Below are positions 1 through 9,752 of a stretch of 32,000 nt of DNA, one piece after another. The notes under the pieces are model-generated. The model searched no databases. It worked only from the letters and a program-made list of their open reading frames with translations, and was not told the origin of the DNA. Positions within the stretch are counted from its first letter, which is position 1. Each line of letters opens with the position of its first letter. The translations under genes and the position numbers were made by a program. Location of the stretch: positions 2,430,001 to 2,462,000 of the forward strand of contig NZ_CP034549.1 in NCBI RefSeq assembly GCF_003966335.1, given 5' to 3'. The DNA is from Nonlabens ponticola (GTDB lineage: Bacteria; Bacteroidota; Bacteroidia; Flavobacteriales; Flavobacteriaceae).

Positions 1-67
1 CCAACTAAATGGATCCCATATCGAACTAAGGTCTCCCTTGCTTTGGTTCCATTATTTCAGGAACTCC
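1..67 (-). other. Start of the 16S-23S internal transcribed spacer (partial, runs off the window)
   Basis: Lies immediately 3' of the 16S end on the minus strand. No tRNA cloverleaf is recognisable in these 67 nt. GGTCTCCC at 30-37 is complementary to GGGAGACC at 1623-1630 in the 16S leader, where a processing stem would be expected, but this is only 8 bp and therefore weak. Confidence 0.5.
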
Positions 68-1594
<1,527 letters not shown>

Positions 1595-1875
1595 TAGAAT
1601 CTCTTAAAAAAGATCTCTTGTTGGGAGACCTCGTCCAAAACGAGAACCACTCAATTGGCGTACATGTTTATTTACATCTTAATTATAATCTTACCAGAAA
1701 AACAATAAAATTGCTTTCCTAAATCTTTGTGCTGTCAATCAATATCTCAATGAACTACTCCAAAATTAATGACCGGAATCAAACCATATACCCTCAAGGC
1801 TATTCGTATGATATTCCAACCCTTTTGAAGAACTTTCGCCCTACTTCAGAACCAACGTCCCTTGCAAAGCGGGTG

Positions 1876-1908
1876 CAAATATACACAGCCTTTTTCTTTC
1901 CAACCAAA
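1876..1908 (-). promoter_or_regulatory. Candidate rRNA operon promoter (Bacteroidota type, TTTG-N21-TATATTTG)
   Basis: The minus strand reads TTTG (1908-1905), 21 nt, then TATATTTG (1883-1876). This matches the established Bacteroidetes -33 TTTG / -7 TAnnTTTG consensus and sits about 285 nt upstream of the 16S 5' end. Motif match only. Confidence 0.35.
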
Positions 1909-2008
1909 CTTTTTTACAAATAAAATTGAAAAAACTAAAATAAATTCACAAACAACCTAAGACACAATAGATTACAAACGAAAATAATTTAGGGAGAATA
2001 TCAAAATA

Positions 2009-3346
2009 TCAACATGACAGCAATCGGCTAGATAATATTCTGAAACGAACATACATCAAAATAGCTGATATAGTCAATCCTGATAAGAGTCCAATCCAAA
2101 TACCTACTCCACCTAGAAGGTCTGCGCTACCAAAGTAGTATGCTATAGGAAAACCGATGCAGGCGTAAGCCACAAAGCAGATCAAACTAGGAACCCATAC
2201 ATCTTGCAGACCTCGCAAGGCTCCAAGAACCACTACTTGTATCCCATCACTGACCTGGAAAATGGCTGCAACAATCAACATTGACGATGCAATGACAATC
2301 ACATCTGGATCGTCAATATAAACTTGAGGTAGCAAATCTCTTCCAAAATAAAATGCCATGGCAAAAGCAACGTCTAATATCAATGCCATTAAAAATATAG
2401 ATCGTGCGATCCTGATTAACTCAGTATGATCTCGTGAGCCAAGTTGATTCCCAACTCGAATGGTTGCTGTAACACTCAACCCAACACCGACCATGAATGT
2501 TATTGCCGAAAGATTAAGAGCAATTTGATTTGCTGCTTGAACATTAGTTCCAAGAACTCCAGATAAAAAAATAGCCGCCGTAAAAAGACTCACTTCAAAA
2601 AACATTTGTAGTGCTGTTGGCAATCCAATATTTAATAAAGAAACCATCTTCTTCTTAGAGAGCAATATTGTTCTCGTAAAATAATATCGTGTTTTATTAT
2701 CCTTAAGTAATAGTAAGAATAGTAGCAGCGCCATGAGCAAACGAGAAATTAACGTACCATAAGCTGCACCAACCACTTCTAATCTAGGAAACCCGTACTC
2801 GCCATAAATTAATAAGTAATTGACACCTATGTTAATAACATTAGCAATCAAAGTAGCATACATAGCAAACCTCGTTAATGAAAGCCCGTCAGAGAATTGC
2901 TTTAGAGCTTGAAAGAACATCAACGGTATCAATGAGAAAGCAACAACCCTCATATATGGTATGGCTAATTCTACTACCTCTACTGGTTGATCCATTTTGT
3001 AGAGAATAGGCTCTGCCAGTAATAGTAGTATGACCAATAATAATCCATTGACGATGCACAATAGCATACCGTTTTGAAGAATGGATTTTACCGCATTGAT
3101 GTCCCTTTTCCCATCCGCTTCTGCAACTAGCGGTGTGATCGCAAATGAGAAACCTATACCAATAGAAAGTGCAATAAAAATCAATGTGTTTCCCAATGAA
3201 ACCGATGCAAGAGCAGCTGCACCTAATTTCCCTACCATAATATTGTCAGCAAGAGCTACTAGTAAGTGAGCTACTTGACCAGCGATTATAGGATAGGCTA
3301 TTGAGAAGTTTTTACCAAATTCTTTGGTGTACTGGGATAATAGCAA
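2009..3346 (-). CDS. MATE family multidrug/toxin efflux transporter
   Basis: 445-aa polytopic membrane protein of about 12 TM helices with the typical MATE N-terminus (FSIAYPIIAGQ...) and length. The ORF opens with TTG at 3346; there is no in-frame ATG upstream before the stop at 3368-3370. Confidence 0.88.
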   Translation of the reverse strand: MLLSQYTKEFGKNFSIAYPIIAGQVAHLLVALADNIMVGKLGAAALASVSLGNTLIFIALSIGIGFSFAITPLVAEADGKRDINAVKSILQNGMLLCIVNGLLLVILLLLAEPILYKMDQPVEVVELAIPYMRVVAFSLIPLMFFQALKQFSDGLSLTRFAMYATLIANVINIGVNYLLIYGEYGFPRLEVVGAAYGTLISRLLMALLLFLLLLKDNKTRYYFTRTILLSKKKMVSLLNIGLPTALQMFFEVSLFTAAIFLSGVLGTNVQAANQIALNLSAITFMVGVGLSVTATIRVGNQLGSRDHTELIRIARSIFLMALILDVAFAMAFYFGRDLLPQVYIDDPDVIVIASSMLIVAAIFQVSDGIQVVVLGALRGLQDVWVPSLICFVAYACIGFPIAYYFGSADLLGGVGIWIGLLSGLTISAILMYVRFRILSSRLLSC

Positions 3347-3449
3347 GTTGTCGAAAATTATAGGTTTCTAGATGAGGGTAAATGCGCGATATCAAAAACT
3401 ATAGTCCAGCACAAAATCGTGTCTTGTGCAATAAATCTTAAAATTAGTC

Positions 3450-3465
3450 AGCTTTCGCGAAAGCT
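3450..3465. repeat. Iterated palindrome copy 1 (AGCTTTCGCGAAAGCT, 16-bp perfect)
   Basis: Exact core GCTTTCGCGAAAGC at 3451-3464. Intergenic, 15 nt downstream of the ppk2 stop. Confidence 0.95.
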
Positions 3466-3480
3466 AGACTGGAAACGCAC

Positions 3481-4356
3481 TTAATCCCGTGATAAAACCT
3501 CCTTGTATGTTTCAATCTTATCGAGCTCTTCCTTATCCAACGTCGGGAAGTTCACATCTTCATAATCATCTAATTTCTCATTGAGTATTGATGAAACGAT
3601 CAGTCTTGCTATTGGTTTTTCATCTGCGGGCACGATGTACCATGGACTATGCTCATGGCTCGTGTTTGCAATGGCCGCCTCATAACATCGTTGATAGTCA
3701 TCCCATAAAGCTCGCTCTTTCAAATCTCCACTTGAAAATTTCCAATTTTTCTCGGGTAGATTAAGACGCCTCAATAATCTGTTTTTCTGCTCCTCTTTAC
3801 TTAAATGAAGGAAGAACTTAAATACAATGGTTCCATTTTCAACCAACTGTTTCTCAAAATTATTGATTTGCTCAAAGCGCATGTTCCAAAAATCCTGGTT
3901 TACATCACTTACCTCATGGATGTCTGGTAGGTTCTCATTTAGCAAATATTCTGGATGAACTCTTGTTACTAGCACATTCTCATAATGAGTACGATTGAAG
4001 ATGCCAAAATTACCCTTAGCCGGTAAGGTGATATAATGACGCCACAGGTAATTATGTGAAAGCTCTAGATCAGTAGGTGTCTTAAAGCTATGCTGCTCGA
4101 CGCCACGCACATTGAAATCTTTAAAAACTTCTCTAATCAGACTATCCTTTCCTGAGGTATCCATACCCTGAAAACAAACCAAGACGGCTCGCCTGTCGTT
4201 GGCGAACAATCGCTCTTGAAATTCCGCTAGTTTCCTGCGTTGTTTCTTAAGCTCTTTTTTAGCTGTCTTTTTATCGAGATCAAATGACGGTTTTGTGCTT
4301 CTTTCAGATATTTTGAAGTCTGCGTCTGCGTAGTAGTCGTTGGCGTTTATCTTCAT
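3481..4356 (-). CDS. ppk2: Polyphosphate kinase 2 family protein (single-domain PPK2, polyphosphate:nucleotide phosphotransferase)
   Basis: 291 aa with the Walker A-like GMDTSGKD motif, the HSFKTPT..E..HNYLWR block and a length typical of one-domain PPK2. Its ATG overlaps the upstream stop as ATGA at 4353-4356. Confidence 0.88.
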   Translation of the reverse strand: MKINANDYYADADFKISERSTKPSFDLDKKTAKKELKKQRRKLAEFQERLFANDRRAVLVCFQGMDTSGKDSLIREVFKDFNVRGVEQHSFKTPTDLELSHNYLWRHYITLPAKGNFGIFNRTHYENVLVTRVHPEYLLNENLPDIHEVSDVNQDFWNMRFEQINNFEKQLVENGTIVFKFFLHLSKEEQKNRLLRRLNLPEKNWKFSSGDLKERALWDDYQRCYEAAIANTSHEHSPWYIVPADEKPIARLIVSSILNEKLDDYEDVNFPTLDKEELDKIETYKEVLSRD

Positions 4357-5516
4357 TTGCTGGCAAATAACTTTACATCTTTCTCGCTCACATCTTTACC
4401 GCCTAAAATAATTAATCGCTCGACAACATTGCGCAGCTCTCTTATATTTCCCGTCCAATCATATTCTTGCAATAGTTTGATTGCTTTCTTGTCAAAAGTT
4501 TTTACCGGCGTACCCTGTTCCTTTGCAATTTTTTCAGCAAAATAATCAACCAGTAATGGTATGTCCTCGCGTCGATCATTTAGCGATGGCACATTAATAA
4601 GTATAACGGCTAGTCTGTGATAAAGATCTTCTCTAAATTTCTTATCCTCAATCTCTTGCTTTAGATCCTTGTTTGTAGCTGCGAGGATGCGCACATCTAC
4701 CTTGATATCTTTGTCGCTGCCTACTCGTTGAATTTTATTTTCTTGTAGGGCGCGTAATACTTTAGCCTGAGCTTTGGCACTCATATCGCCTATCTCATCA
4801 AGAAATATAGTACCGCCGTTAGCTGCCTCAAATTTACCGGCGCGATCCTTATTGGCTCCAGTAAAGCTACCTTTGACATGACCAAATAGTTCACTCTCTA
4901 TCAATTCACTAGGAATAGCGGCACAATTGACTTCTATAAAGGGACCTTTGGAACGCTCACTTTTCTCGTGTAACCAGTGTGCAACAAGCTCTTTACCGGT
5001 ACCGTTTTGTCCTGTAATAAGAACGCGAGCATCGGTTTGAGCTACCTTGTCTATTATGTTTTTTATGATGACAATGAGCTCGCTCTCGCCTATCATCTCA
5101 TAATTCTTACTCACTTTTTTCTTGAGCCTTTTATTCTCGACCACTAGCTCTTTTCTATCCAATGCGTTGCGCACGGTGTTGAGCAATCTGTTGAGATCTG
5201 GTGGTTTTGAGATATAATCAAAAGCACCCAGTCTCATGGTATTAACAGCGGTATCGAGATCGCCATGTCCAGAGATCATTACAACTGGCACCTCTGGCTT
5301 GATCTTTTTTATAGCCGTTAGAACCTCAACACCATCCATTTTTGGCATCTTTATATCACATAGTATCAGGTCATAATCGTTATCCTTGATAAGTTCAATA
5401 CCAGCTAGACCGTCTTCTGCTTCAATGACATTGTAGCTTTTGCTTTCTTCAGATAATATTTTTGAGAGTACACGTCTTATTGCAGACTCGTCCTCGATAA
5501 TAAGTATTTGTGCCAT
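4353..5516 (-). CDS. Sigma-54-dependent response regulator (receiver + AAA+ activator) with no C-terminal DNA-binding domain
   Basis: N-terminal receiver domain (ILIIEDE..., DLILCDIKMPKMDG). AAA+ sigma-54 interaction domain with Walker A GQNGTGKE, the GAFTGA-loop variant GSFTGA, Walker B FLDEIG, and IRELRN. The protein ends 25 aa after IRELRN at residue 387, so there is no Fis-type HTH. Confidence 0.9.
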   Translation of the reverse strand: MAQILIIEDESAIRRVLSKILSEESKSYNVIEAEDGLAGIELIKDNDYDLILCDIKMPKMDGVEVLTAIKKIKPEVPVVMISGHGDLDTAVNTMRLGAFDYISKPPDLNRLLNTVRNALDRKELVVENKRLKKKVSKNYEMIGESELIVIIKNIIDKVAQTDARVLITGQNGTGKELVAHWLHEKSERSKGPFIEVNCAAIPSELIESELFGHVKGSFTGANKDRAGKFEAANGGTIFLDEIGDMSAKAQAKVLRALQENKIQRVGSDKDIKVDVRILAATNKDLKQEIEDKKFREDLYHRLAVILINVPSLNDRREDIPLLVDYFAEKIAKEQGTPVKTFDKKAIKLLQEYDWTGNIRELRNVVERLIILGGKDVSEKDVKLFASK

Positions 5517-6409
5517 TATATTTTAAATTTTAATCCTACTCTAGAGTAGAATGTATTAGAATCATTGATGTTCTTCACATCATCTCCATCCTCATTGCGC
5601 AACCTTATATCATTAATAGCCGTGTAGCCTACATAGGCATAGAGTGACAAATGTCTCGTTAGGTTGTACTGGTATCCAGGCCCAACAACTACCGTCGTTA
5701 AGCTTGCATTATCGGCAATTTGATCGTCGTCTGTGACAACATTATTCTGAATGTTTGCATAAAACCCGTCAAGCCTTGCATACAACTGTACGCTATTTTT
5801 ATCATTGAATCTGTATTTCAGATTCATCTTGGGTGCGCCTACGCTATAACTCCAGTCTGGAGCAAATTCCCTGTAGTAGTTTATATAGGGTAAAGGAAAC
5901 GGTCTACCAACTCGCGTGGAATACTGCACACCTACTACAAGTCTCCACGGTTTGGTCTTGAAATTATCTGTTGCGTCCTTTATAAAATAAACAGAACCCG
6001 AAAAGAAAATATCGTCCTTCTCTACACTGCCAGAGTCAAAGTTTGACGCAAATAAAAATCCTGCCCTACTACCAAACCGCCAGTCCTTTTTCATAGGAAA
6101 TGTATAGCCTATGGCGCCCTCATAACTCTCGTACCTATCTGTGCCAAATTCTCTAAAGCGATCGTCATCTCTAATCAAAAAATGCACGTTGCGATATTCA
6201 AAAAACGGGACGATGTACGTGCCTTCCTTAATCTTGAGTGGAATATTGATAAAGGTTCTAAATCTCCTGAAACTGTTGTCTGAGTTTCTTTGTGGGAAGT
6301 ACGTGTACTCTACTCTAGCGAGGTCGGTTGCTTGGGAGTTAGCTTTCGCGAAAGCTAAAAACACTACAATCATCACCAACATATAACTGGTTGTCTTACT
6401 CTTCTTCAT
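5516..6409 (-). CDS. Outer-membrane beta-barrel protein, function unknown
   Basis: Signal peptide MKKSKTTSYMLVMIVVFLAFA/KANSQ is followed by alternating aromatic/hydrophilic beta-strand patterns through to the C-terminus. I place the start at ATG 6409, not the track's 6502, which would put 31 non-signal residues in front and overlap the upstream gene. Confidence 0.65.
   Translation of the reverse strand: MKKSKTTSYMLVMIVVFLAFAKANSQATDLARVEYTYFPQRNSDNSFRRFRTFINIPLKIKEGTYIVPFFEYRNVHFLIRDDDRFREFGTDRYESYEGAIGYTFPMKKDWRFGSRAGFLFASNFDSGSVEKDDIFFSGSVYFIKDATDNFKTKPWRLVVGVQYSTRVGRPFPLPYINYYREFAPDWSYSVGAPKMNLKYRFNDKNSVQLYARLDGFYANIQNNVVTDDDQIADNASLTTVVVGPGYQYNLTRHLSLYAYVGYTAINDIRLRNEDGDDVKNINDSNTFYSRVGLKFKI
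6339..6358. repeat. Iterated palindrome copy 2 (TTAGCTTTCGCGAAAGCTAA, 20-bp perfect)
   Basis: Exact core at 6342-6355, inside the beta-barrel CDS. It encodes FLAFAKAN of the signal peptide. Confidence 0.95.
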
Positions 6410-7316
6410 GCAGTGCAGCGTTGTTAGGGTTTTTATTAAAATCAATGGGATTACTCTGGTAAAAATGTACGTCTCGTTGTGGAAACGGTATAGTGATACC
6501 ATTATCTCTGAATGCCTGGTCTATCGCAAATCGCAGATTGCTCTTGATACGAGGATCTGTAAAACTGTCACGCACATAGAAGTATACACCAAAGTCCAGA
6601 CTGCTATCACCAAAGTTATTGAACATGACAAATGGTTCCGGGCTTTTTAAAATTCCTTTTTGTTCCCGGGCGCACTCTACCAGCAAGCGCTCGACTAGTT
6701 TTGTGTCGCTACCATAGGCAACGCCTACAAGCACATGCTCGCGGGTTTTGGCGTGATTTTGAGTGAAGTTATAGATGACCTCTGTAAGAAAGAGATGATT
6801 GGGAATCACAAGAATTTTATCATCTCTTGTTATCGCACGGGTACTGCGCAATTTTATCTCAAATACGCGGCCTACCTTGCCATCCATTTCTATCACGTCA
6901 TTCACCAGAAGCGACTTATCAATCAGGATGGCCACACCTGCGATAATATCTTTGAAAAAGTCCTGCAGTGCAAAACCTATTCCTACAAATACGGCAGCAC
7001 TGGCCGTCAGTATAGCAGTCAAATCCACACCAGACGTGCTTAACACAATGAGGATTACCGTTAAATAAACCAGATAATTAAAGAACTTGAAGATGCTCTC
7101 AAACTTGAGCTTGTCTGCACTATCCATGTTCCTGGTAACAAACTTGCGTATAGCCCTCAATACAAAGGTTGCCGCTATTACTGCGAGAATGGAGACGATA
7201 AGCATCCAGGTATCAAAGTGAAAATCACTCTTATCATCCTGAGGAATGATCTGGAATGTGAGAAAATCCTTAACAGATTGCCAGGTCTCTTTTATGGATT
7301 GCCAAGTTGTATCCAT
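6396..7316 (-). CDS. Mechanosensitive ion channel family protein (MscS-like)
   Basis: 306 aa with three N-terminal TM helices, then the MscS beta-domain signature (VNDVIEMDGKVGRVFEIKLRSTRAITRDDKILVIPN) and a C-terminal alpha/beta domain. Confidence 0.85.
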   Translation of the reverse strand: MDTTWQSIKETWQSVKDFLTFQIIPQDDKSDFHFDTWMLIVSILAVIAATFVLRAIRKFVTRNMDSADKLKFESIFKFFNYLVYLTVILIVLSTSGVDLTAILTASAAVFVGIGFALQDFFKDIIAGVAILIDKSLLVNDVIEMDGKVGRVFEIKLRSTRAITRDDKILVIPNHLFLTEVIYNFTQNHAKTREHVLVGVAYGSDTKLVERLLVECAREQKGILKSPEPFVMFNNFGDSSLDFGVYFYVRDSFTDPRIKSNLRFAIDQAFRDNGITIPFPQRDVHFYQSNPIDFNKNPNNAALHEEE

Positions 7317-8608
7317 TAATATTTAAGCCATTTATACAAATCCTTCCAATTGGTTTTCTTGCCGTACATGAGTATACCTATGCGATAGATTTTGGCAGCG
7401 ATGTAAGCTACTAAAAATATAGATGCATAAAGTATAGTCACGCTTAGTGCTATGTGCCACCACTCTACTTCACCAAATGGTATGCGCATTAACATCACAA
7501 TAGGCGACGTTAGTGGTATGTACGAGAATACAACGGCTACAGTACCGTTGGGATTATCCATTACGCTGAAAAACCCAACATAAACTGCTAGCATTAGAGG
7601 CAAAATAACAGGCAACATGAATTGCTGTGTGTCTGTTTCATTATCCACTGCTGCTCCTATGGCCGTATAGATAGCAGCATACAAGAAGTAACCGCCGATA
7701 AAGTAAATGAGAAAACAACTAATCATCGTTCCTAGTGGCAATTGCATAATGTCATTGATGATAGCTTGCATTTGATCCACATTTTGTGTCTGGGCTACCA
7801 CTTGTGCATTTGCTGGTGTTTGAAATGCCTCAACGCCTAAAATTGCAGAACCAACGGTCACCAGAGCAATTCCCAAAACAATCCATATCGCAAATTGAGT
7901 TATTCCAGCTAGTGAAGTACCCATAATCTTACCCAGCATCAAATAGATAGGTTTTACAGAACTTACAATGATCTCAATAATACGATTGGTTTTTTCCTCA
8001 ATTACTGATCGCATCACCATATTACCATAAATAATAATAAACATCATGAGTAAATAACCAGCGGCGCCACCCATGGCTATTTTAATCCAGCTAGATGCCT
8101 TGCTATTAGTCACTCCTGAATAGGTCTGTAATTCCACCTGAGCTTGCACTCGATTCTCTTCTAAAGTCTGCGGTTGTATACCAACGTTGATGAGATTGCG
8201 TTGCGTCGCTTGTTGCGAGACTTTTTCTTCAATAGCATTTATAAAACCTACTGATGGTGAGTCATCACTATATATTTCTACTTTGACTTCTTGATCAGTA
8301 TTCTGAGAGATGTTTATCAAGGCATAGTATTCCTTGCTCCTACTTATTTCAATCGCGTTCTCAAGATCTGCATTTGCGATCGACAGATAATTGTATTCAT
8401 CATTAGATTCAAATTGCTGACTATAATTTCCAGTAGTGTCGCGCAGCGCTACTTGTCGTACCTCATCGCTGTTAATACTAGTCAACCATCCTATCAATAA
8501 AATCACCCCAATAAATATGAGCGGACTTAAAAAAGTCATGACAATAAAAGTGCGATTGCGCACACGATTGATGTACTCACGTTTAATAATCAACCAAAGT
8601 TTATCCAT
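7316..8608 (-). CDS. ABC-2 type transporter permease (NatB-like, large N-terminal extracytoplasmic loop)
   Basis: One N-terminal TM helix, a soluble loop of about 150 aa, then 5 TM helices, directly downstream of an ABC ATPase. I use ATG 8608 (MDKLWL...). The track's GTG at 8614 is also possible. Confidence 0.8.
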   Translation of the reverse strand: MDKLWLIIKREYINRVRNRTFIVMTFLSPLIFIGVILLIGWLTSINSDEVRQVALRDTTGNYSQQFESNDEYNYLSIANADLENAIEISRSKEYYALINISQNTDQEVKVEIYSDDSPSVGFINAIEEKVSQQATQRNLINVGIQPQTLEENRVQAQVELQTYSGVTNSKASSWIKIAMGGAAGYLLMMFIIIYGNMVMRSVIEEKTNRIIEIIVSSVKPIYLMLGKIMGTSLAGITQFAIWIVLGIALVTVGSAILGVEAFQTPANAQVVAQTQNVDQMQAIINDIMQLPLGTMISCFLIYFIGGYFLYAAIYTAIGAAVDNETDTQQFMLPVILPLMLAVYVGFFSVMDNPNGTVAVVFSYIPLTSPIVMLMRIPFGEVEWWHIALSVTILYASIFLVAYIAAKIYRIGILMYGKKTNWKDLYKWLKY

Positions 8609-9530
8609 TATCACTCACTTTACGTATGAAAATTTCATTGACACTAGGAATCACCTCGCTGAAGTGTGTCAATTCTCCCAAACTCGTCAATTGCTGTAAA
8701 ACGTTGGAAACGTTTAAATTTTCAGGTATTTGCAATTCTAAGTCAATGGTGTTATCCAGTCCTTTTATTTCAATAGGTCTCACGCTCATGGATGTTTGTA
8801 AAGTAGCGATGACAGCAGCTTGATTAGGAGCGATTAATGAAGTTGTATAAGTTCTATTACGGTAAGAATCCCTGACGGAATTGAGCGGTCCTTCTAGAAC
8901 GACTCTAGACTTATTGATTAATGATATGTGATCACACATTTCTTCTACACTTTCCATGCGGTGTGTTGAGAAAATAATAGTCGATCCTTGATCACGCAGG
9001 TTTAGTATCTCATCCTTGATCAAATTTGCATTGACTGGATCAAAACCTGAAAACGGCTCATCAAAAATGAGCAAATCTGGTTCATGGAGTACCGTGACAA
9101 TAAACTGCACTTTTTGAGCCATTCCTTTTGACAGCTCTTGTAGTTTCTTGTTCCACCAGCCTTGCATTCCTAAACGATCAAACCAATATTCTAATTTTTC
9201 CTTTGCCTCAGACTTGCTCAATCCTTTAAGACGCGCCAGATAGATACACTGCTCGCCTACCTTCATTGACTTGTATAGTCCACGCTCTTCTGGCATGTAT
9301 CCTATATTGGCTATATGTTTAGGTTCCAGTGCCTCATCATTGAGCAACACTTGACCTTGATCTGGAACGGTAATTTGATTAATGATTCTTATAAGCGATG
9401 TCTTTCCAGCACCATTAGGACCTAACAAGCCATAAATACTGCCTTTTGGGACTTTAATCGTCACATCATCCAGCGCTGTAAAGTCACCGTATGACTTTGA
9501 GATATTTATCGCTTGTAATGCGTATTTCAT
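8601..9530 (-). CDS. ABC transporter ATP-binding protein (NatA-like)
   Basis: Walker A GPNGAGKTS, signature LSKGMAQK, Walker B LLIFDEP. The start is set at ATG 9530 (MKYALQAINISKSYG...) because the track's 9638 start would run through the dnaJ terminator hairpin at 9634-9661. Confidence 0.9.
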   Translation of the reverse strand: MKYALQAINISKSYGDFTALDDVTIKVPKGSIYGLLGPNGAGKTSLIRIINQITVPDQGQVLLNDEALEPKHIANIGYMPEERGLYKSMKVGEQCIYLARLKGLSKSEAKEKLEYWFDRLGMQGWWNKKLQELSKGMAQKVQFIVTVLHEPDLLIFDEPFSGFDPVNANLIKDEILNLRDQGSTIIFSTHRMESVEEMCDHISLINKSRVVLEGPLNSVRDSYRNRTYTTSLIAPNQAAVIATLQTSMSVRPIEIKGLDNTIDLELQIPENLNVSNVLQQLTSLGELTHFSEVIPSVNEIFIRKVSDNG

Positions 9531-9626
9531 AAAAGAATTAAAACAGGCTAAAATACTAAGACCACGGCCATCTACTAGTTTATTTTCATATAATTTAATA
9601 ATTATCACGCCTTTACAAAAGGTCAT

Positions 9627-9661
9627 AAAAAAACCCACCTCTCAATTACTTGAGAGGTGGG
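9627..9661 (-). terminator. Rho-independent terminator of grpE-dnaJ
   Basis: 12-bp perfect stem CCCACCTCTCAA / TTGAGAGGTGGG (9634-9645 and 9650-9661) with a 4-nt loop. On the minus strand it is followed by a run of 7 U (A-run 9627-9633 on the plus strand). Confidence 0.78.
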
Positions 9662-9752
9662 AAAAATTGCTATGAAAAAGAAAAATAACAATTGGTTGGT
9701 TAACCAATGTTGATCAAAGGTAATACATCTTTTTCATTTAATTAGTATTTAT

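Noticed and set aside
1-67. Possible tRNA-Ile/Ala at the start of the ITS
   Set aside because: The reverse complement (…GGGATCCATTTAGTTGG) lacks U8 and a proper D-arm. No cloverleaf can be built from the 67 nt available.
1729-1923. 64-aa ORF between the 16S gene and the MATE gene
   Set aside because: It sits on the strand opposite the rRNA leader and promoter region, is AT-rich and low-complexity, and has no recognisable features. It is most likely non-coding.
5286-5301. TGGCAC-containing sequence resembling a sigma-54 -24 element. A second one is at 13260-13275 (TGGCACTTCATTTTCC)
   Set aside because: Both lie inside coding regions on the antisense strand, and the -12 element does not match TTGC at the required spacing. 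No intergenic -24/-12 promoter was found.
9531-9638. N-terminal extension of the ABC ATPase ORF (track start 9638)
   Set aside because: The extension would be translated through the dnaJ terminator hairpin, and the added residues have no ABC homology. ATG 9530 gives the canonical N-terminus.
9696-9707. 12-bp perfect palindrome TTGGTTAACCAA between the dnaJ stop and its terminator
   Set aside because: About 32000/4^6, or 8, perfect 12-bp palindromes of any sequence are expected by chance in a window this size. It is a single copy with no obvious partner.
9715-9722. TACCTTTG -7-like box on the minus strand, as a possible promoter for the ABC operon
   Set aside because: It lies upstream of the dnaJ terminator, so a transcript starting there would terminate before reaching the ABC ATPase gene.
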